From the NCBI GenBank assembly GCA_028023455.1, contig JAQFVV010000004.1:15996001-16060000 (forward strand): a DNA stretch of 64,000 nucleotides, in the 5' to 3' direction. The notes under the pieces were generated by a model, which ran no database searches, was not told the origin of the DNA, and saw only the letters and a list, made by a program, of their open reading frames with translations. The position numbers were made by a program, and so were the translations under genes. Origin of the DNA: Epiperipatus broadwayi (taxonomy: Eukaryota > Animalia > Onychophora). Below are positions 1 through 12,903 of the stretch, piece by piece; within the stretch, counting starts at the first letter, position 1, and every line of letters begins with the position of its first letter.

Positions 1-1218
1 ATTAAAATATCTTTTATACTTTAAAATGAAATATGAGAATATATGTGTGTAGAAATCTGGTTATTATTAAAATTTAAATAATAAGCTGTGAATCTAATAT
101 GGGTAATAAAAAATGTAAGAAGTCATGGTTCTATGTGTATCTTGTTTATTTTTTTAATGTTATGTTGAAATAGGAGCTTAATAGTTTATATAAATATTCC
201 CCAATCTGCACTGAATATGTAACAGAAATGACTCTACTTATCCATGTATTTAGAAAAACAAAGTTTGTAAAATGGAACTCTATTTGTATGCAGTATATGA
301 CATATCATTTATTATCTCATGAGGGTATTACACTATAATTTTTAGAAATACTGATTCTATTACTAGATAAAGTCCTTGCCCTTAAATCATAATCATTATT
401 TATATTTTCCAGGAATCTAACTTAGTTCTCAGAATATAAAAATGAATCATGCAATTATATATATATCAAAGGCAAAAGCTATCTATTTACATAGGTACAA
501 TCTTATTTTTGTTCATTATTAGAATTCATGAAAAATATTTAATTCAACTTATATATAATGCATGGAAATAAAAAAAAAGTCCTGAGAATAAAAATTAACA
601 TTAGCACAAAACATATTCATAATTATAATTTATTAATTCCAAAATAAATTCACAAAAATATAGGTATATATTTAATTAGTCTATTCACATGCATTTCATT
701 TCCTTCCAATCTTATTAAATGAAAATTAATATTCTGAATTTAATATTAAGTTACTTATGATATAACTGTTTAATACACATTGCCTTCATATATTAAATAA
801 AATTTGTTAATTCTATATAATATAAACTAAAAATAATAATTATCAAAATTAGAATTTGCATTTCAATATTATTAACATAAAATTATTAGATATTATGTTT
901 TTTTATATAACAATAAAATCTTTTATAAAAATTATATGCTGTCTTACAGTTTCTTTCTGCAGAATATATGCACATATTTATACATCCATAAATATTTGAA
1001 ACATGTGTTTTTAATAATTTGTTCTTTTGTTTGACAATTTGGTGGTTGATATCTGATAAAGTAAGTTCCTGTAGAATTCACTGCTTTGATTAATGGGTTT
1101 TTGATTATAGATTAGTTCCTCCAGGTTATCATTGGCTGATAATTTATTTCAAGTGTAGGCTTGAGAGAGTCTATGCCATCTACTAGGTTTTAAACCATAT
1201 AAGCAGAAAGATATTCAA

Positions 1219-1324
1219 GCATTGTTGGCCAAGGAATTGGGCAGCCATCTTGCAGGTGGGCAGTTGGTTGCAGACAGTTGTTGTGGGTTCGCCTCTTGGC
1301 CGATGCTATGACATATGAAAAAAA
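1219..1324 (+). mobile_element. tRNA-Gly-derived SINE, poly(A) tail, 12-bp TSD
   Basis: GCATTG...GGGTTCG...GGCCGATGC head (tRNA-Gly acceptor and T-arm-like), tail TATGACATATG(A)n; TSD AAAGATATTCAA at 1207-1218 and 1325-1336. Confidence 0.8.
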
Positions 1325-1965
1325 AAAGATATTCAACACAAAGAGAATATGTATTGCCTTGCATCTTGCTAAATTTATTTTTCTGTACCAAAAGTCAATG
1401 CAACTTACAACCTTTCAAATATGCTAATATTCTTCAATAACTATTACATAGTTGATTCCTCTTTTTAATAATAGCAGCAATATTTTTTCTCTTGCATCAT
1501 TTTACCATAATTTACTCTGTAATTTGTCATATTATTTTCAAATATTTTTAACACTACATTACTTCATCATTATGTTAAATAGTGTAGTAGCTACAAGACA
1601 TTGTCCTATTCTTTAGTTTTCTATTATTTTAGTCATTCTATTCTTTAGTTTTTATTTTATTTTAGTCCTTTTTTTTGTCTTTGCAAAGTTTTATTTTGAT
1701 ATATTTCAATTTCATTTTCCTCTTAATATATTGTCTCACTTTTTCCTCTTAATATATTGTCTTACTTTTTATAGAATATTGTTTCCTCAAAATAATTATT
1801 TGTTTTAACTTGTAGACTCATTTAATCTATATGCCTAATTTGCATATTTATCAACTTATCATTTTACTGATATATTTGAATTGTATCTGATAAATATCCT
1901 CCTTGTAATTTATCAGATCTTCATTTCTTTAACTTTTATATTCATATAATCCTGAATATATGCAT

Positions 1966-2159
1966 ATTAAAACAGGCAAAACTCTCCATACTATAGTGCC
2001 ACTCAGTACAAGCCAGAGCAATCAATGGATGAGTAGGCACTAGATAGGTATTTTATGCACAATCCTTCTGGAATCCATCGATTACTCTGGCTTGCACTGA
2101 GTGGCACTACTGTATGGAGAGTTTTGCCTGTTTTAATAACACTTATGAGCAAGCATAAG
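1966..2159. mobile_element. Family A Penelope-like/retrozyme fragment, fold-back (about 60-bp arms)
   Basis: ATTAAAACAGGCAAAACTCTCC... inverted against ...GGAGAGTTTTGCCTGTTTTAAT; homologous to copies at 5.7, 9.2, 24.9 and 37.8 kb. Confidence 0.85.
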
Positions 2160-4639
2160 TTCTTTAATGTATACATATTCATGAAAATAAAAACTTTTTT
2201 GAGTCATATTGTATATTAATTTTTATTGTAGTTTTTTTGTTTGTTTGTTTATAAAAACGTTTTAATTTTTATCTTATAACCATGAAAATCTTTGTTAGAT
2301 ATATATATATATAAGCATTCATATACAAAATTTAGCTATTCCTTTCTCAATTCTCATTTTAGATAAATCATTTTATGAGTAGTAATCTCTTTGTCATGAT
2401 AATGAATCATAAGTGATCACATTTTTTTCAAACCAACTGTTAAGTTCCAGCTATAGTGATGCCAACTTCTATCTCCTATAGCCATATTCTGACATCTAAT
2501 GATCATGAACTGGATACTACAAGACTAATCATGTAAATATAGAATAAAAATAAAAGTAACAATAATTGAACAGATGTTAAATCTCTGGCTTCATAATTAT
2601 CCTTTTAATTAACCCAAGAATTCAACATAAGTTGTAAGAATTCAAGAATTAAACATATTTACAAATAGTGCACAATAAATTATAAATTAAGTGTCTAATA
2701 TGAAAGGATAAATAATACAAACACATGGCTAACTTGAATTAACATTATCACAACTTCAACAACCAAATACTTCAGAAAGAGTTCCCATGTAACATAGTTT
2801 ATCTCTTTCCAGTAATCCTTATGTGCATTTAAAAACATAAGTTATCTCTCTATTTCTTCCAACACTTTAATTAGAAATTCATTTCCTCTTTCCTATTATT
2901 TTTCACTCGAAAAAAGTTTCAAAATCCATGCATTATAGGGAATCCTGGTTATTTTTTCATTCTCAACTAAGAAAAGCAATTTCACTATGCTAATTAATAA
3001 TTTTATAGAGACTTCCACAGTGATTCTAAAATGTTTTATATCATATACTGTTTAAAGCGGATAACATGGGGTATTTTTATTAGTAATTAGTTACTAATAT
3101 TAAATACACCTATACTCTGCTTAGTGTTAGATTTTTATGTGAGGATATAATAGCAATCATCATTAACTTATACCCATTATTTTGATTTACAATCAATTAT
3201 TCACTATAATGATTTTTAAAAAAATATTCAAAATTTTTCTTTGGTGGCCATTTTGTATATTGATGACATCATAGGGTAATAATTAAAGCAATATCATCCA
3301 AAAGCAAAATGGTGACATTTATGCTAAAATTATACAGTATAGAGTTTATTTATAATACACAATACAATGAACAATATCACAATACTAGATACAATATTTT
3401 AATTATAAACTTAATATATGATTAATAAATGTACTATACAGTATTTTATTTAATTTTCCTTCAGCGTGCTTGCAAGACAATCACTACTTTATTAATGATA
3501 TATTCAAAGTAAAGATTTTTATCATGAATGACTACAAAACTTTAAAAAAAGTGTTACATTCAGGATAATAAATAATCAAAATCATATTTTGATGATGTAG
3601 ACATAACCAGATATATTAATATAGTATTAAATTTTAAAATGTGTACAGTAGTTTAAAAACTATACTCACTTTTATGGATTAAAATTCTAACGAATAGTAC
3701 TTTGATTGCAGCAAAAATTATGATCATCATATTGTAATTTAATTATCATAATTGTTATTTTGAAAAAAAATTAATGAATTATAACAATTAATAATTAATT
3801 TATATGATCAAAATTTCTAAATCTAAATTTAAAATAACACTTAATTTACTTGCTTGATTATAAGACATTTTGTAATTTGTTTCAGAATGCCAAATAGTTT
3901 ACAATGAAAATATTAGCTGGAATATTCAGTCAATCAATTTTGGAATAAAATCTTTATGAATGCTAATTTCTGTCAAATCGAAACTATTATTGCAAATATA
4001 TTTTTACTTAAAAAAACTGTGAGCATGATTTCATGCATTATGGCATTAATAATAAATTTTGTAGATAAAAGTGCAATACAAATAACTTGAAAAAGGTTCA
4101 TAGCTTTAATATTTATTTAAATAGTTAGTATCTCTGCCATCACAAGTATTGCATTATTCAAAAAAATTCTACATCATTCCAAAGAAAATGACTATCATAC
4201 TTAATAAAATGTGACATCTCGAGGCAAAAAAAAAACAAATGCCACAGCTAGCATATTTGTATATAAAGTGCTGTTTATTTAAATCTGCACAGTACATATT
4301 GTAAAAAAAAAAGCTTTAAATATTGATTACAATATACAACACAATGCATTAGATAATTTTTTTTTAATATGTCAGAATTTTATTTTTTCCAAAATTAACT
4401 AATTAGGGTTCTGAAATATGCAGTTCTATAATTTGGCCCTTCTTACATTGTTAATAAATAATGTCTTTTTGGTCACAACAGTACAAATGAGATATTATTA
4501 AACATTGCTTTTTTTAATTGTAAATAATTTCACATAAATAATATAAATTTATGAATTAAAAAAAAAAAGAATATTAGGTATGGTTTTTTTTAAGTGCAAT
4601 GATTAATAATTTTATGGAAAAATACAAAAAATTGTCAAC

Positions 4640-5580
4640 TGCGAGCTTAGTCTCTCTTTCTCAGGCCAACTACACTTCTTTTTCTAACGATATTGGATTT
4701 TTTTTTTTTAAAGTTTACGTATGTTTTCAATCAGAATCATAGTAGGAGCTCAATACTACTGAATATCACGTTTCTTTTTCAACCTTTAGATCAAAGAATT
4801 ATCACAACCTTTAAGATATGCTTTGGGTACAGACACCTATAAGAAATTGATGATCACAACATTGAAGAACTTTTACAATGCCGCATGGAAGAATTAACGA
4901 ACCAAGAATTAATTCAATTGGATGACGAAAAGAAAATCAAAAAGCCTATTAAGAAGAAACTGGACACCAAAAACCTAAAGAAGCTGATTTTGTATCAAGA
5001 AGCCATGAACAGCACTTTCGAAAATTTGATCCCAACTTAGAATGCTTTATCAAATTGTAAAATGCACTGAATCAATGAATGAGATCTTATAACATGATGA
5101 ACAAAGAGAAATGAAAGAAGCAAGGTAACCATTTATTTTAAACTTGTTTCTAGAGATCCTCAGCCATCAACACCTGGTGTATTTTTCCAAAAATAATCAT
5201 GATCACCAAAGGATTTAAAAGACATTGTTAGACTCTTAGAATGAGTAATGGATGACTTAAAAAATTGAACGATGATGAGTGCTAAGTGAGTGGATTATAA
5301 GAAAAAACTTTAAGCTGTTTTTTTTCTTTTTACGTGGATTCAAATTGCATTAACTTGCTTACAAACATAGTTTAATTCATATCTACATAATACATATTTA
5401 GCACAGTTTACACATGCATATATTATGCATTAGGTTTGTTTGTTACTATAATATTAATTATTTATTGTATATTTTTCCCATAGTAATGAGCTAAATCTTT
5501 CCTATAGAAAACCATTATAATCCCTTGCTGAATTTTTAGGAACCAATTGTCCTCACTAAACAGGATAAAGGTTTACATGA
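4640..5580 (+). mobile_element. Tigger/pogo DNA transposon relic
   Basis: 4780-4815 encodes QPLDQRIITTFK (pogo DDE motif) and 4888 onward EELTNQELIQLD (Tigger C-terminal motif); many stops; boundaries approximate. Confidence 0.75.
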
Positions 5581-5722
5581 TGTGTTTTACTTTGACATTC
5601 TTCTTTAACTATCACTTTTGCATAGGCCTTATTTCTGTCTTATTATACGTAAATTTATCACATCATACATAAAGATATTTTGATAAGCTTTGGACTATAT
5701 TTTCCAAAGTATAAACAAATAC

Positions 5723-6350
5723 AAACAGAGGCAAAACTCTCCATACAGTAATGCCACTCAGTGCAAGCCCGAGTAATCAATGGCTGCAAGAAGGTTTGTG
5801 CATAAAAATCCCTATTTAATGCCTACTCATCCAATATCCCCAGACTAGTTTCTTTCACTGAATGGCACTACTGCATTGAGAATTTTGCCTCTGTTTTTAA
5901 CAGTTTGAGCAAGTATAAAAATGATGACCATGTGATATTTAATGGTTTAATATAAATCCTTCCCAATAGGATATTGATGACTATGATTATTAAAGGACCA
6001 AAGACACCAATATATATATATAGATGCTGAGCTGAGCTTGGATTGAAAATATTGGTTTTCAATTTTAGACTCATATCTTTATAGTTAACTAAAAAGGTGG
6101 TGGATAGAGGATTGCATTAGATCCTAAGATATAGATGTAGTGCTCTCAGATCCAATGCTCTTTACTAATGAAAGCAACAAGCTAGAAATTAGTCTGGGGA
6201 TATTGGATGATTAGGCACTAGATAGGGATTTTATGCACAAACCTTTTTGCATCCAGTGATTACTCTGGCTTGCCTTGAGTGGTTCTACTGTATGGAGATT
6301 TTGCCTCTATTTTTAACATCTTAAGCAAGCATAAGAAATGGCAATCATTG
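5723..6350 (+). mobile_element. Family A element: inverted left segment plus more than one sense unit (period 416 bp)
   Basis: TTTTGCC landmark recurs at 5883 and 6299; 5730-5856 is the reverse complement of 6185-6305; no meaningful ORF. Confidence 0.85.
6158..6200 (+). ncRNA. Type I hammerhead ribozyme, family A (G5A mutant)
   Basis: TCTTTA-CTAATGA-A-AGC aacaa GCT-A-GAAA-TTAG-TC/TGGGGA; other copies have GAAACTAGTC. Confidence 0.7.
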
Positions 6351-7242
6351 ATATAAGCAAGTAGGTGCAAATTCTTCCAATTTATTAGATATTCAGTTTA
6401 TATAATTTATTAGCTGCATTTGTAATGGGCCCTCACATAGTAGATCAATTCACTTTTTTCATGACTAGGAGTTTCTAATTGAAGTTAAAATATGTCTAAG
6501 TTCCATTTTCTTGAACCATCTCTCCTATTTGCTACTACAAATGATGCACTATGATCCAAAAGAATGTCTTCAGATTTTATCAAAATAAGTTTGTTTTGGA
6601 GATAAGTGATAATTTTATTCTTTAAAAGGAGGAATGTTTGATCTCAAATATATCAGGTGAAAAGACCTGACTTGTAAGTGGTTTAATGTCTTTATTTTTG
6701 CAAACACATGAATTTCTTTGTATGGACATGATGTATTTATATATTTTTGCAATAAAACAAACTATATAACATTTGTTTCATTTTCTTCAGTGCACAATAT
6801 TAATATTAAATTTTCTTTACATAATTACTGCTACAGTATCTCTGTGCTAACCTCATGTTGCTTGGGTTTGTATATTAATGAATTCTCTATTATTTAATAA
6901 TGGTATAATATGTTTTAGCTTTTCTACTTGCTTTATCCTGCTGGTAAGTTCTTCTCCATACTTAAAAGGGAAATCTTGATAATAATATAAAATTCAACTA
7001 ATTTTATGCATGAAGTTGGATTGTAGAATGACTTTATGAATAATTTCTGATATAATAAATGCATTATTTAAATTTATAGTTAAAGTGCATACTGATACAT
7101 ATTTGCTTAGACTATTTCACCCTTTTCTACTATTGGGTAATATAGCTTGTACTGCCTTTAGCAATATACTTATTTTTGTGTTTATTCTCACCTGAAACTA
7201 TTAACAATTTTTTTTAAGCTGTTTTAATTTTAGAACAATGAC

Positions 7243-8510
7243 TTAATTTATGGTTTTCCTGCTGGCTTCTTTTTTATTTCTTGTTCCCTGATTGAAGTTC
7301 TGAATCTTATCTTGCAATTGTTTTAAACATTTTTGCTGTATTTGAATTTTATTTATGTATTTTTTGACAGCTTCTTGAGTGATTCTCTTCTGTTCTTTCT
7401 CCAAATTGTCATCTCTTCTTAGACCATTCATATTTTCTTGGAACTGATTTTGTTTGGCTTTCCAACTTTGTATACTGTTATTTTTTGTTAATGGTTGCTT
7501 AATTATCATATCATGCATCTGCTTTTATTTCTTCCATTTATTCTTGAATATTTTTTCTATATTCTTTATGTCTCTTTTTTTCCTTTTTCTAATTTTACCT
7601 TTTTAATACTTTCTATTATCTCTTTTATCTCATCTTTGATTTTTATAACTTTTTGATTTCTCTGAGAAATCTTACTAATTTGCTTTAGCATCTTATTCTT
7701 TAGGATATATTCCATCTTTTTATTGATGTTGTTATCTATTTTTACGTATACTCTTTTTTATCTTTTTTTCAATTCCTTTTATTTTTTCTTCTTCATTCAT
7801 TTATTCTTTGATTTCATGTATAATCTTTTTCATTTTCTTATTTTATCATCTTCTAGTTTTAATCTGTTCAATTACATTTTCATTAATCTTTTTTAATATC
7901 TTTTCTATCATTTTGTCTTTTTTTTTTTTTGCTTCATTCTATTTTTTTTTCTTCTAGATTTTTATCTTTTTGTTTAACATCTATTTTACGCTTATATATT
8001 CTCTTTTTTAATCTTGAGACAAGGGATGATCATTTATCTATATTTTCTCCCTGCTTTTTGTGATAGTTGTTGTGATGTTTTCACAATTTTGCTTTTTGTT
8101 TTATCAACATTTATCTTTAAGTTAATTGTTATATGCTTTTGACTCTGATTACTATTTTTTCTGAATAATTATTTATAATTCTAATTATATATAGCACCAT
8201 CAAATTTTATTGACTTTCTCTAATGTCACCTTTTAATATTATAATAGACATCTATTATCTCCATTTTAAATTTATTTCATCCTCTTTGTATTTTAACTTC
8301 TTTTTATGCTCTATCTCACAAACGTACTTATAAACATTTATTTTTGATTAAATTCAGATATTTTTTTCTGAGTTGTGATTATCATCAAATGATTATAATA
8401 ATTTATTGAAGTCTTCATGCTAATCATTGTTTATGTAGCTAATCAAAAGAAAAGCAATTAAATACCTTCATTTAGTTAGAAGTCTCCATTTTGGAACACC
8501 TTATGAGTAA
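7243..8510 (-). mobile_element. Heavily decayed non-LTR retrotransposon (RT-like remnants)
   Basis: Minus strand shows purine-rich coding texture, a GVP...YINND...FDD-like stretch near 8400-8500 and INVDKTK near 8110; many stops. Confidence 0.4.
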
Positions 8511-9236
8511 CAGACAACCATCCATTGAGAAACAAATACGTGATAGTTCACTAATTTAACTCTTACTTATTTATTCCTCATAGTTATATTGTTAAACATG
8601 TAACAGAATGATTCTAATAAATTCGTTTAAGGACTAGTATTTGGAAAGCAAGATTTGCAAAATAAAATAAGCTTTATTTATATATATAATTTAATTTCTG
8701 GAGATCCTCTTTCATACTATAATTTTCAGTTACATTCCTAGATGCCTAGCTCAGTTCTCAAAACATTAAACTAAATCATGAATTATGTAATTATATATTT
8801 AATGCATGGATACATCAAAAACATTTCCAAAAATAAAGAATTAATATGAATACAAAATATATTTATAACTTTAATAACTCAAAATAAATATGCAATTAAT
8901 AACAATATAAATGTGAGTGTTATAAATATAAAGACACAGATATGTATAAAAAATGCATATTTACATTCACATATATATAACATTTTCTTTCAAAATATTA
9001 AATCTAACTTTTGATATATTATTTAATGGAGATTGATTTCATGTATTAAATAAAGTTTGTTAATTTATTTGTAATATAAAATATTAATAACTGGAATAAA
9101 ATAATAATTAGTAAAATTATAATATACATTTCAAAGTTATTGAATGATATGATTAGATATTATGATTTTCATACTAATGAAATCTTTTATAAAAGTGATA
9201 TACTCACCTAGAAATTGTTTCTTCAGAATGTATGTT

Positions 9237-9449
9237 AAAAACCACTAAATATCACATGATTACCATTTCTTATGCTTGCTGAAACTGTCAAAACAGGCAA
9301 AACTTTCCATACAGTAGTGCCACTCAGTACAAGCCAGAATAATCAATGGATGAGTAGGCAATAGATAGGGATTTTATGCACAAACCTTCTTGCATCCATT
9401 GATTACTCTGGCTTGCACTGAGTGGCACTACTGTATGGAGAGTTTAGCA
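9237..9449. mobile_element. Family A fold-back insertion with 12-bp TSD
   Basis: TSD AGAATGTATGTT at 9225-9236 and 9450-9461; internal inverted repeat. Confidence 0.85.
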
Positions 9450-9478
9450 AGAATGTATGTTTATATATATATAATTAA

Positions 9479-9995
9479 GTGTATTTACATATTGGACTAT
9501 TTCGATCATCTAATATAAATATTGAATGTCTTTAGAAAAATTTAATTTTATTTAAATATTCCAAATACATTCAACTGTTGTAATAGTAAACATGTCAATA
9601 TATGCACAATGTTTCGAGAGGTATTTCCTCTTCTTCAGGCATGTTAGAAAAATTTAAACTTTATTTAAATATTCCAAATACATTCAACTGTTAGGAATAG
9701 CACACAGGTTAGTATATGCACAAGGTTTTGATAGGTATTATTCTTCTCTCTTCTTTGGGTATGTTGATGGCCTGGCCCTCTTTTTCAGGTATGTTCCAGT
9801 AACACAGAAGAAGAATAGGGAAGAATAATCTCTCAAAATGTTATGCATATACTAATGTGCGTGCTATTCCTAACAGCTGAATGTATTTGTAATATTTAAA
9901 TAAAGTCAAATTTTTTTACACATTCAATATTAGATGATGGAAATAGTCCAATATATAAATACAACTAAAATACTATCATTGCAAACTGTCAGGAA
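9479..9995. mobile_element. Family D Penelope-like pseudo-LTR: two tandem units plus an inverted unit
   Basis: TTAGAAAAATTT..TATTTAAATATTCCAAATACATTCAACTGTT repeated at about 9532 and 9644; inverted copy about 9820-9962; short unpaired tail on the right. Confidence 0.8.
9603..9645 (-). ncRNA. Type I hammerhead ribozyme, family D
   Basis: Minus strand CTGAAGA-A-GAG gaaatacct CTC-GAAA-CATTG; stem III looks CpG-decayed (GAAACGTT to GAAACATT); two degenerate sisters near 9715-9770 (-) and 9806-9850 (+). Confidence 0.65.
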
Positions 9996-10054
9996 AATAT
10001 ATATTATTAATGATAGTATACACATGTTTTCAATTATTCAGTCCTTTGCTTAAT

Positions 10055-10740
10055 TAGAGGGGTTTGGACTTAGACTTTCAAGCTTCCTTCAGTCATCCAT
10101 TCCATCTTCCGATACACAGTTACTTACATGTGAAAAAGATAAAATATCTCTAATAAACATATTTCATGCTGAACTAGCCTAACACTCATCAGTTGGTCTG
10201 GATCATTATCTCCCACACACATATATAATCAGTGCTCAGTTTATATTAAGATAGCAAATCTACACACTTTAATGGGCAGGCTTCAATCCTCTTTGCTCTC
10301 CAACTCTTCAGCTATCTGTATCACTGAATATCTGATGATGGAATGCTCAAAACCCTTAATGCCAATATTATAGTAATACCCATATTGACTTTAGGTCATT
10401 CTGATGCTTCATATATAGGATCTTATGATCATTTAAATACACAGAAGAGGGTTGGGCAGAATACATGCTGAATCTGTAATATTTAAATACAAGTACTGAG
10501 CACTTGTATATATATATATACACACACAGTATATATATGTGGGGGGGGAGATGATGATCCAGACCAACCAATGAGTGCTGGTTTAACACAAAACACATTG
10601 GAGATTATTTATCTTTTTCACATGTATGTGGTCATGTGTATCAGTTGTATAAGATGGAATTGATGATTGAAGGGAGATTGAAGGTCTGGATTTAAATTCC
10701 CTCTAATCTATCTAGCTTAAGCATAGTCTACTTGTATTTA
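10055..10740. mobile_element. Family B Penelope-like inverted pair with HHR in each arm
   Basis: About 10055-10245 is inverted relative to about 10490-10705; homologous to 33.0-33.4 kb and 42.9 kb. Confidence 0.8.
10149..10197 (-). ncRNA. Type I hammerhead ribozyme, family B
   Basis: Minus strand ACCAA-CTGATGA-GTGTT aggctagttc AGCAT-GAAA-TATGTT-TA/TTAGA; core intact, stems I and III eroded. Confidence 0.65.
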
Positions 10741-11099
10741 AATATTTATCCTTTGCTTGTAAATTTCCTGATTAGTATTTGGTAAGATAACTCTTACTTG
10801 ACTTAGCTTTTTTAACTGATGGATTCTTAATAAATGATTTCATTCAGGCTGTCTTTGGCTACAATATATTTCATATTTGACTGATTTCTTACAATTTTAG
10901 CTACTAGTCCATCCTTATTTGACAATTTCCTTTTAGTTTAAGATAATCATTCACTTTGGGCAGATGTTTCATTTAGAGATTCAGGGCATTTTGCTCTGGT
11001 CTATTATTACATAAACAGAAAGAGATAATGGAAGAAGGTGTCTTGCATCTTGCTGATACTGAAGTCACATATACTACAAATAAAATTCATTTTGGTATT

Positions 11100-11215
11100 G
11101 ATTTAGAGTGTGCTCTGCATTTTGAATTTTTAAGGACCACCCCAAAACATTGCTGATATATTCAAACAATAAATGACATCAAATAGTCACATGTGGTTGC
11201 ATTAGGACCATTTGT
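11100..11215. mobile_element. Partial copy of the 12747-12903 MITE
   Basis: Starts GATTTAGAGTGTGCTCTGCATTTTGAATT; internal ATGACATCAAATA is inverted relative to the 12.8 kb copy. Confidence 0.55.
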
Positions 11216-11814
11216 TACACATCACAATTTACATTAATAATTAAAAACTTAAAGTGCAAATTCTGTACAACTATACTTGATCAAATCACGTGACTAAAAT
11301 CTACAAAACATAAAAAATGGAACAAATAAATTTTGAAATACTAAAATCTTATAATTTTTAAAATATGAATCTAAAATACTTAAAGAAAAAAAGTGAATGA
11401 AAAAAAATAATTGACACATTAATTTAAAAAGGAAAAGACATTAAAAAAGTAAATAAACCACATACTTGTGACTTCTGCATTTTTCGGGATGGTACTTTGT
11501 ATTGTCCAAAACATCCCCCCTCCCATATACTTCAGTGTGAAGCATCATCATTAACTAAATTTTATTACAATATAGGCCCATAACCACATGTTGAAATAAC
11601 TTAAATGTTGAATAAACGTAGAAACAAATGCCGAAGCATGTTAATTGTACAATTAATAATAAATCACATTTTATCTTAACAATAGCCAAAAGAATATTGT
11701 CTAAAGTAAAGAATATTAATTTTACAATTCATAAAAAAGTAATAAATCAGATTTTTTTTTCTTACCAAAACAAGTACTATTGTGTGCTTCAATTCTTACA
11801 TCTGTTATGAAGAA

Positions 11815-12120
11815 AAAGATAGAGATGAGAATAAGTTAGCATTGTTCACTTGTGATCACATTATTTGAATATGCCTATAAATGAAAAATTTTGATCCAAA
11901 ATGTTAGAAGAAAATGTAATTTCTCTTGACTATCCAAATTTCTTCCTAGTAACTTTTTGTAAGAGACTTAATCTCACAACTCCTGCAATATTATGTGCTT
12001 TAAAAATTGTTTTATTTGTATCAATTTCAAAAGCCAGTAAGGACCTCACATGATTAAGTGTAGATCTGATATCCATGTCAGGAGATCAAATGTGAACAAT
12101 GCTATTTTTTCTCTATTTTT
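11815..12120. mobile_element. Possible MITE with imperfect terminal inverted repeats (about 35 bp)
   Basis: ATAGAG..TAGCATTGTTCAC..GATC versus GATC..GTGAACAATGCTA..CTCTAT. Confidence 0.4.
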
Positions 12121-12240
12121 TCTAAGTACATATAACAAAAAAAGCATGCAATGTCAGAGTTTCTTTCTGGTAAAAAAAAAATCTCATTAATTGTGAAATT
12201 AATATGCTTTATTTCAGCCAATTTCTCTTTCAGCTGCCAT

Positions 12241-12740
12241 ATTTTAGAAGTTATAATAAGCTTTTAGTATTTCAAAATTATAAGCTTGATTTGATCAATT
12301 TTACACTTATTCAATGTGGTTATAAGCATATATCATAATAAAATTCATATTTTAGAAGTTATAAGCTTGGTTTGGTCAATTTTACATTATTTCAACATCT
12401 GGTTATGGGCATATATTATAATAAAATTCATATTTTAGAAGTCATAAGCTTTTAGTATTTTGAAATTATAAGTTTGGTTTGATCAGACGTCTGTATTTTT
12501 TGGATGATACTTCGTATCGTGAAAAACATCCTTCCCCCTTCCTGCATATTTTGGCAAAAGCACCATCATTATTGTAATAAAACTCTTATAAGTTATAAGC
12601 TTTTAATATTTTGAAATTATAAGCTTGGTTTGATCAATTTTGTGTTATTCAACTTGTGGTTATAGGCATATATTGTAATAAAATTTGTATTTTAGAAATT
12701 ATAAGCTTTTAATATTTTGAAATTATAAGCTTGGTTTAAT
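12241..12740. repeat. Degenerate tandem repeat, unit about 85-110 bp
   Basis: ATTTTAGAAGTTATAAGC..AAATTATAAGCTTGGTTTGATCAATTTT units start at about 12241, 12349, 12432, 12584 and 12689. Confidence 0.8.
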
Positions 12741-12746
12741 CGAACC

Positions 12747-12903
12747 GATTTAGAGTGCGCTCTCCACCATTTTGAATTTTAAGGATCGCTCACATACAAA
12801 TGACCCTGTGTGGATTATTTGATGTCATCTATAACTTAGATGTGTCAGCAATGGTTTCAAGCAATTTTTAGAATTCAAAATGGTGGAGAGGGCACTCTAA
12901 ATC
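12747..12903. mobile_element. MITE with 32-bp terminal inverted repeats
   Basis: GATTTAGAGTGCGCTCTCCACCATTTTGAATT / AATTCAAAATGGTGGAGAGGGCACTCTAAATC, one mismatch. Confidence 0.7.

Noticed and set aside
1966-2137. Family A hairpins as MITEs with long TIRs
   Set aside because: Arm length and junction vary between copies, TSDs are 12-13 bp, and tandem units with HHRs exist; retro-derived fold-back fits better.
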